In this document: positions 60,841 through 64,000 of the stretch, piece by piece | How the letters are laid out: every line of letters starts with the position of its first letter | How positions within the stretch are numbered: the first letter of the stretch is position 1 | NCBI GenBank assembly: GCA_001244265.2 | Contig: CDLV01000018.1 | Span: 62,001-126,000, forward strand | DNA length: 64,000 nt | DNA from: Microbotryum violaceum | Taxonomy: Eukaryota | Direction: 5' to 3' | Program-made: the position numbers and the translations under genes | Notes under the pieces: generated by a model | Told to the model about the DNA's origin: nothing | Seen by the model: only the letters and a program-made list of their open reading frames with translations | Database searches by the model: none

Positions 60841-62141
60841 TTAGGCGGCGTGTCGGCGTTGCTCGGCTGTAAGTAATGAAATGCGACTTAGTTGTCAAGC
60901 CAGTGGAGGTCAGAAAGGTGTGCGGTTGAGAGCTTACCGATGACACCGGTGAGCTCATCGACCTTGCGCTTGGCGCGGCGGAGTGTACCAAGCTGTTGGA
61001 GTCAAGATGATCAGCCATCGTATTGTCCGGTGTAGTTGTTGATCATGATGTGTTGCGGTTGAGGCAGCCGTCTGATCGTTCGTCTGTGCCCCCTCGCCGC
61101 CCCTGGAGACCATACGAGTCCGTCTGCTCCTGCATTCCTCTGCTTTCCCGGTTGTTCCTCTCTCTCTCTCTCTCTCTCTCTCTTTTCCGAGAAATGTCCC
61201 CTCTTCCGCCAGTGCCCCCTTCGACTGGTGACGACCCTCCGCGACATCAGCTTCGGATCGACCCCGCGGCGCGTCGTAGCCATGCAATCGGTCCCGTCCT
61301 TGCGCGTGTGATGGAATGGCTACTTACACGCTTCTTGGTCAGCTTGCGGGCCTTCTTGTCCTGTAAGAGGTGGCGTCGACGAGTAAGTCACGTCAGTATG
61401 ATGCGCATGGGGAAGAGTACGAGCACGAGCACGAGCGTGAAGCCTGGGTCGGACTGCCGCCAACCATTGAGGGCGGGCCAGCCAGCGGCCAGCGGCGGGG
61501 CCAGCGGACAGTTGAGCGAGCAGCGACGACGCACCTTGGAGTTGCGAATCAATTCCATCACTCGTCGCTCGTAGGGGGCGAAACCGGCAACCTGTCATGC
61601 AATTCATCAACGTCGAAAATAAGCCACTCATCCAGACATCGTCCTCGTGTAGCAAGGCTCGATGAATGTACCTCTCGGACGATCGACTTTACGAACGCCT
61701 GGCGGTTGGATTGCTTGCCCTTCCTGTTGGACGGCTTGGGCGCCTTGGGGATGATCGTCGTCGGGTGGCCCTTGTTGATACCCCAAGGCAAGTCTGTCAT
61801 AGCAGGAAAAAACGTTTGGAGAGCGTGGTCGAGGAGGATACACGCAATGCGAGGCAGGGGTGGGGAGGGGGTTGGGATGGGTGGGCGTCAGTTTGGGCGC
61901 GTTTTTGCGAAGCGGCGGTCTCCCCTGCAGTGCTGCTATCAAGCGCATGGCCCGGCCCAGCAGCCAGCGCAGGCCAGAACGCCAGCCTGCGACAGCGACA
62001 GTGGCCTGGGGAGCAGGAGGTGAGAGCCACTTTGACGGCACCGTTCATCCGCTCGTCCATGTCGCTCTGATAGCACTGAGCTTCCAATAGAGGCGAGTAG
62101 AACAGACGAGAGAACTGACTTGATCGAGTCGTGGCAACCAT
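60841..62141 (-). CDS. RPL36: 60S ribosomal protein L36 (eL36), six exons
   Basis: Exons 62141-62120, 61793-61672, 61591-61535, 61360-61328, 60992-60938 and 60866-60841 splice to GINKGHPTT..VRE/VAGFAPYERRVMELIRNSK/DKKARKLTKKR/LGTLRRAKRK. Confidence 0.97.
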
Positions 62142-62220
62142 GGTCGTCGGATACGTACTTGTCGGATGGAGAAGGGTGAGAGGCGACGTCGACGACCGCC
62201 GCGAGTGCTTTGCGGGCGCG

Positions 62221-62265
62221 TTCAGCAGGGTTCAGCAGGGTTCTGCAGGGTTCAGCCTGGTTCAG
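62221..62265. repeat. 10-bp tandem repeat (TTCAGCAGGG)x4.5 upstream of RPL36
   Basis: TTCAGCAGGG TTCAGCAGGG TTCTGCAGGG TTCAGCCTGG TTCAG. Confidence 0.9.
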
Positions 62266-63358
62266 AGCCCTTGCTCGCTCTAACTCGGCCCTGCTCAGCC
62301 GAGCCCAGGCGATTGAACGCACGCAGTCCAGGCGGCAGCGAGCGAATAAAGGCCCACCGCCCGCGTGGGCGCGTAGGCGGTGGACTTTATTCCTGCCTTC
62401 TTTTTTCTTTTCTTCTCGGTTTTTCGGACGCGCGCCAGACGACGACAACGGCACGCAAAGGCCAGTGCGCCAGTCGACTCGAAAGCCACGGTGGAAATCC
62501 CCCGAGTGGCAGCCAGCCAAAGGCAGGCGCTTGCCCCCAGGTCGTCGTCTTCGCCTCACACTTTGCATCTTGTTCGTGTCAACCACTGCGCTCCGCCAAC
62601 CGACTTTTTCACGTAAGTGCACGCATCGGGCCTGGATTCCTAGAACAGGCCATATCGGAGGTATCGAGCAGGACAGGCCCACGAGCTGGACTGGCTCAGG
62701 CGCTGGGTGAGGCAGGCAGCGGCGGCCACGGCAGGCGACAAGCGACGAGCGACGAGCGACGACGGGGGCGAAACGACGACCCGCGCATTCGAATTTGTTC
62801 GGCGCAGCACGACGCTCGACCACCTCGACCTCGACATGCTAATCAATCCGGACGGACGACTCGTGCTGTCCAACTCGAAGGCGCACTACCCAACTGGTCG
62901 ACAAAGTCGGATGCGATGGCGTACAAGCGTCTAGAGTTGGCCGTGACTCTGGCTCCGCGCCCAACGACGCAACCGCTTCGCATCGACGTATACCCACCCC
63001 GCGACTCGCACGATCGCCCTCGCATTCGATAAGACCACGCCAATTGACTGTTTCCAAAATCCGAGCAATTGTGTGCGATACGACACTATTGGGCCCCGCT
63101 CATGTGCCACGTTCAGTTCTGCGCACATCACTGTTGCGCCCGCCTGCCCAGCCCAGCCCAGCTCCGCTTTGCCCTGTCCTGCCTGTTGATGGGGGGGGGG
63201 GGGGGAGCCAACTACGATGGGAGCATACACGGGGAACAACATGGACCACAAAAAGAACAAGAATAATCGCTGACCTGCGCACATTCCACCTCGGCCCCTG
63301 CCTGATCCTCACAGTTCCCCCCCCCCCCCTTCCCCCTTCTCCCCACCAAACTTTATAA

Positions 63359-64000
63359 ATGGCTCGCAACTCGGACGTCTCGCCCTACGTTGGCAAGTTC
63401 TCCCGCTCGCAGGTCTACTCCAAGAAGGGCCTCTACAAGCGCGAGCACAAGGCCGCCCTCGCCCCCGCCGCGCCCGCCCCCGAGACCAAGACCAAGACCG
63501 TCGGCGGCAAGGCCAACGGCTCCTCGCGAACGATCCCGACCTCGCGAGCGGCCAAGTTCTACCCGTCCGAGGACGTCAAGCAGCTTAAGCGATCGCGCAA
63601 GTCGGTCCAGGCCCCCAAGCTCCGCTCGAGCTTGACCCCCGGCACCGTCCTCATCTTGCTCGCCGGCCGATTCCGCGGCAAGCGAGTTGTCCTGCTCAAG
63701 CAGCTCGACAGCGGTCTCTTGCTCGTCACCGGTCCCTTCAAGGTCAACGGTGTCCCCCTACGAAGGGTGAACCAGGCCTACGTCATCGCCACCTCGCTCA
63801 AGCTTGATATCTCTTCCCTCGCCGTGAGTCCGCTTCGTGCGCTTCCTTACGTCTCAACCGTCCTTGAACTCGGAGCTGACGCCCATCGTTGTATTCTCCT
63901 CTAGGTTGACGCCAAGTTGAACGACGCCTACTTCGCCAAGCCCAAGTCGGCTTCGCGCAACGGTACCGAGGGCGAGTTCTTCACCGACAAGGCCGAGAAG
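63359..64000 (+). CDS. RPL6: 60S ribosomal protein L6 (eL6), runs off window end
   Basis: [54 protein letters not shown]; intron 63824-63904. Confidence 0.98.

Noticed and set aside
62166-63032. 288/294-codon overlapping ORFs between RPL36 and RPL6
   Set aside because: Low-complexity GC-rich translations with no recognisable domain, located in a bidirectional promoter.

Overview
Intron-rich fungal genomic DNA with GT-AG introns mostly 60-110 nt. The lineage is most plausibly a basidiomycete of the Microbotryomycetes; this is inferred, not searched. Housekeeping genes in order: ADE2 (5' part), a universal-stress-protein gene, an SH3 BBC1-like gene, a CrgA/LONRF RING-LON gene head-to-head with TspO, RPAP1/Rba50, TRA1, a DCAF4-like WD40 gene, histone H2A.Z, PRP45/SKIP, a probable BTB-fold gene, and a divergent RPL36/RPL6 pair. 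The intergenic space is packed with mobile DNA. A 2.2-kb element has 175-bp TIRs (1 mismatch), a 3-bp CGG TSD and a decayed Ulp1-like/transposase-like interior that I cannot assign to a superfamily. There is also a family of CAGGACCC-ended repeats, a DIRS/Ngaro retroelement fragment, and a hAT MITE (8-bp TSD) inside a RecQ-like relic. Finally, a head-to-tail pair of L1/Tx1-type LINEs shows a shared tail junction, mosaic divergence and a covarying structured 3' UTR. Exon boundaries were read by eye and no database searches were run.
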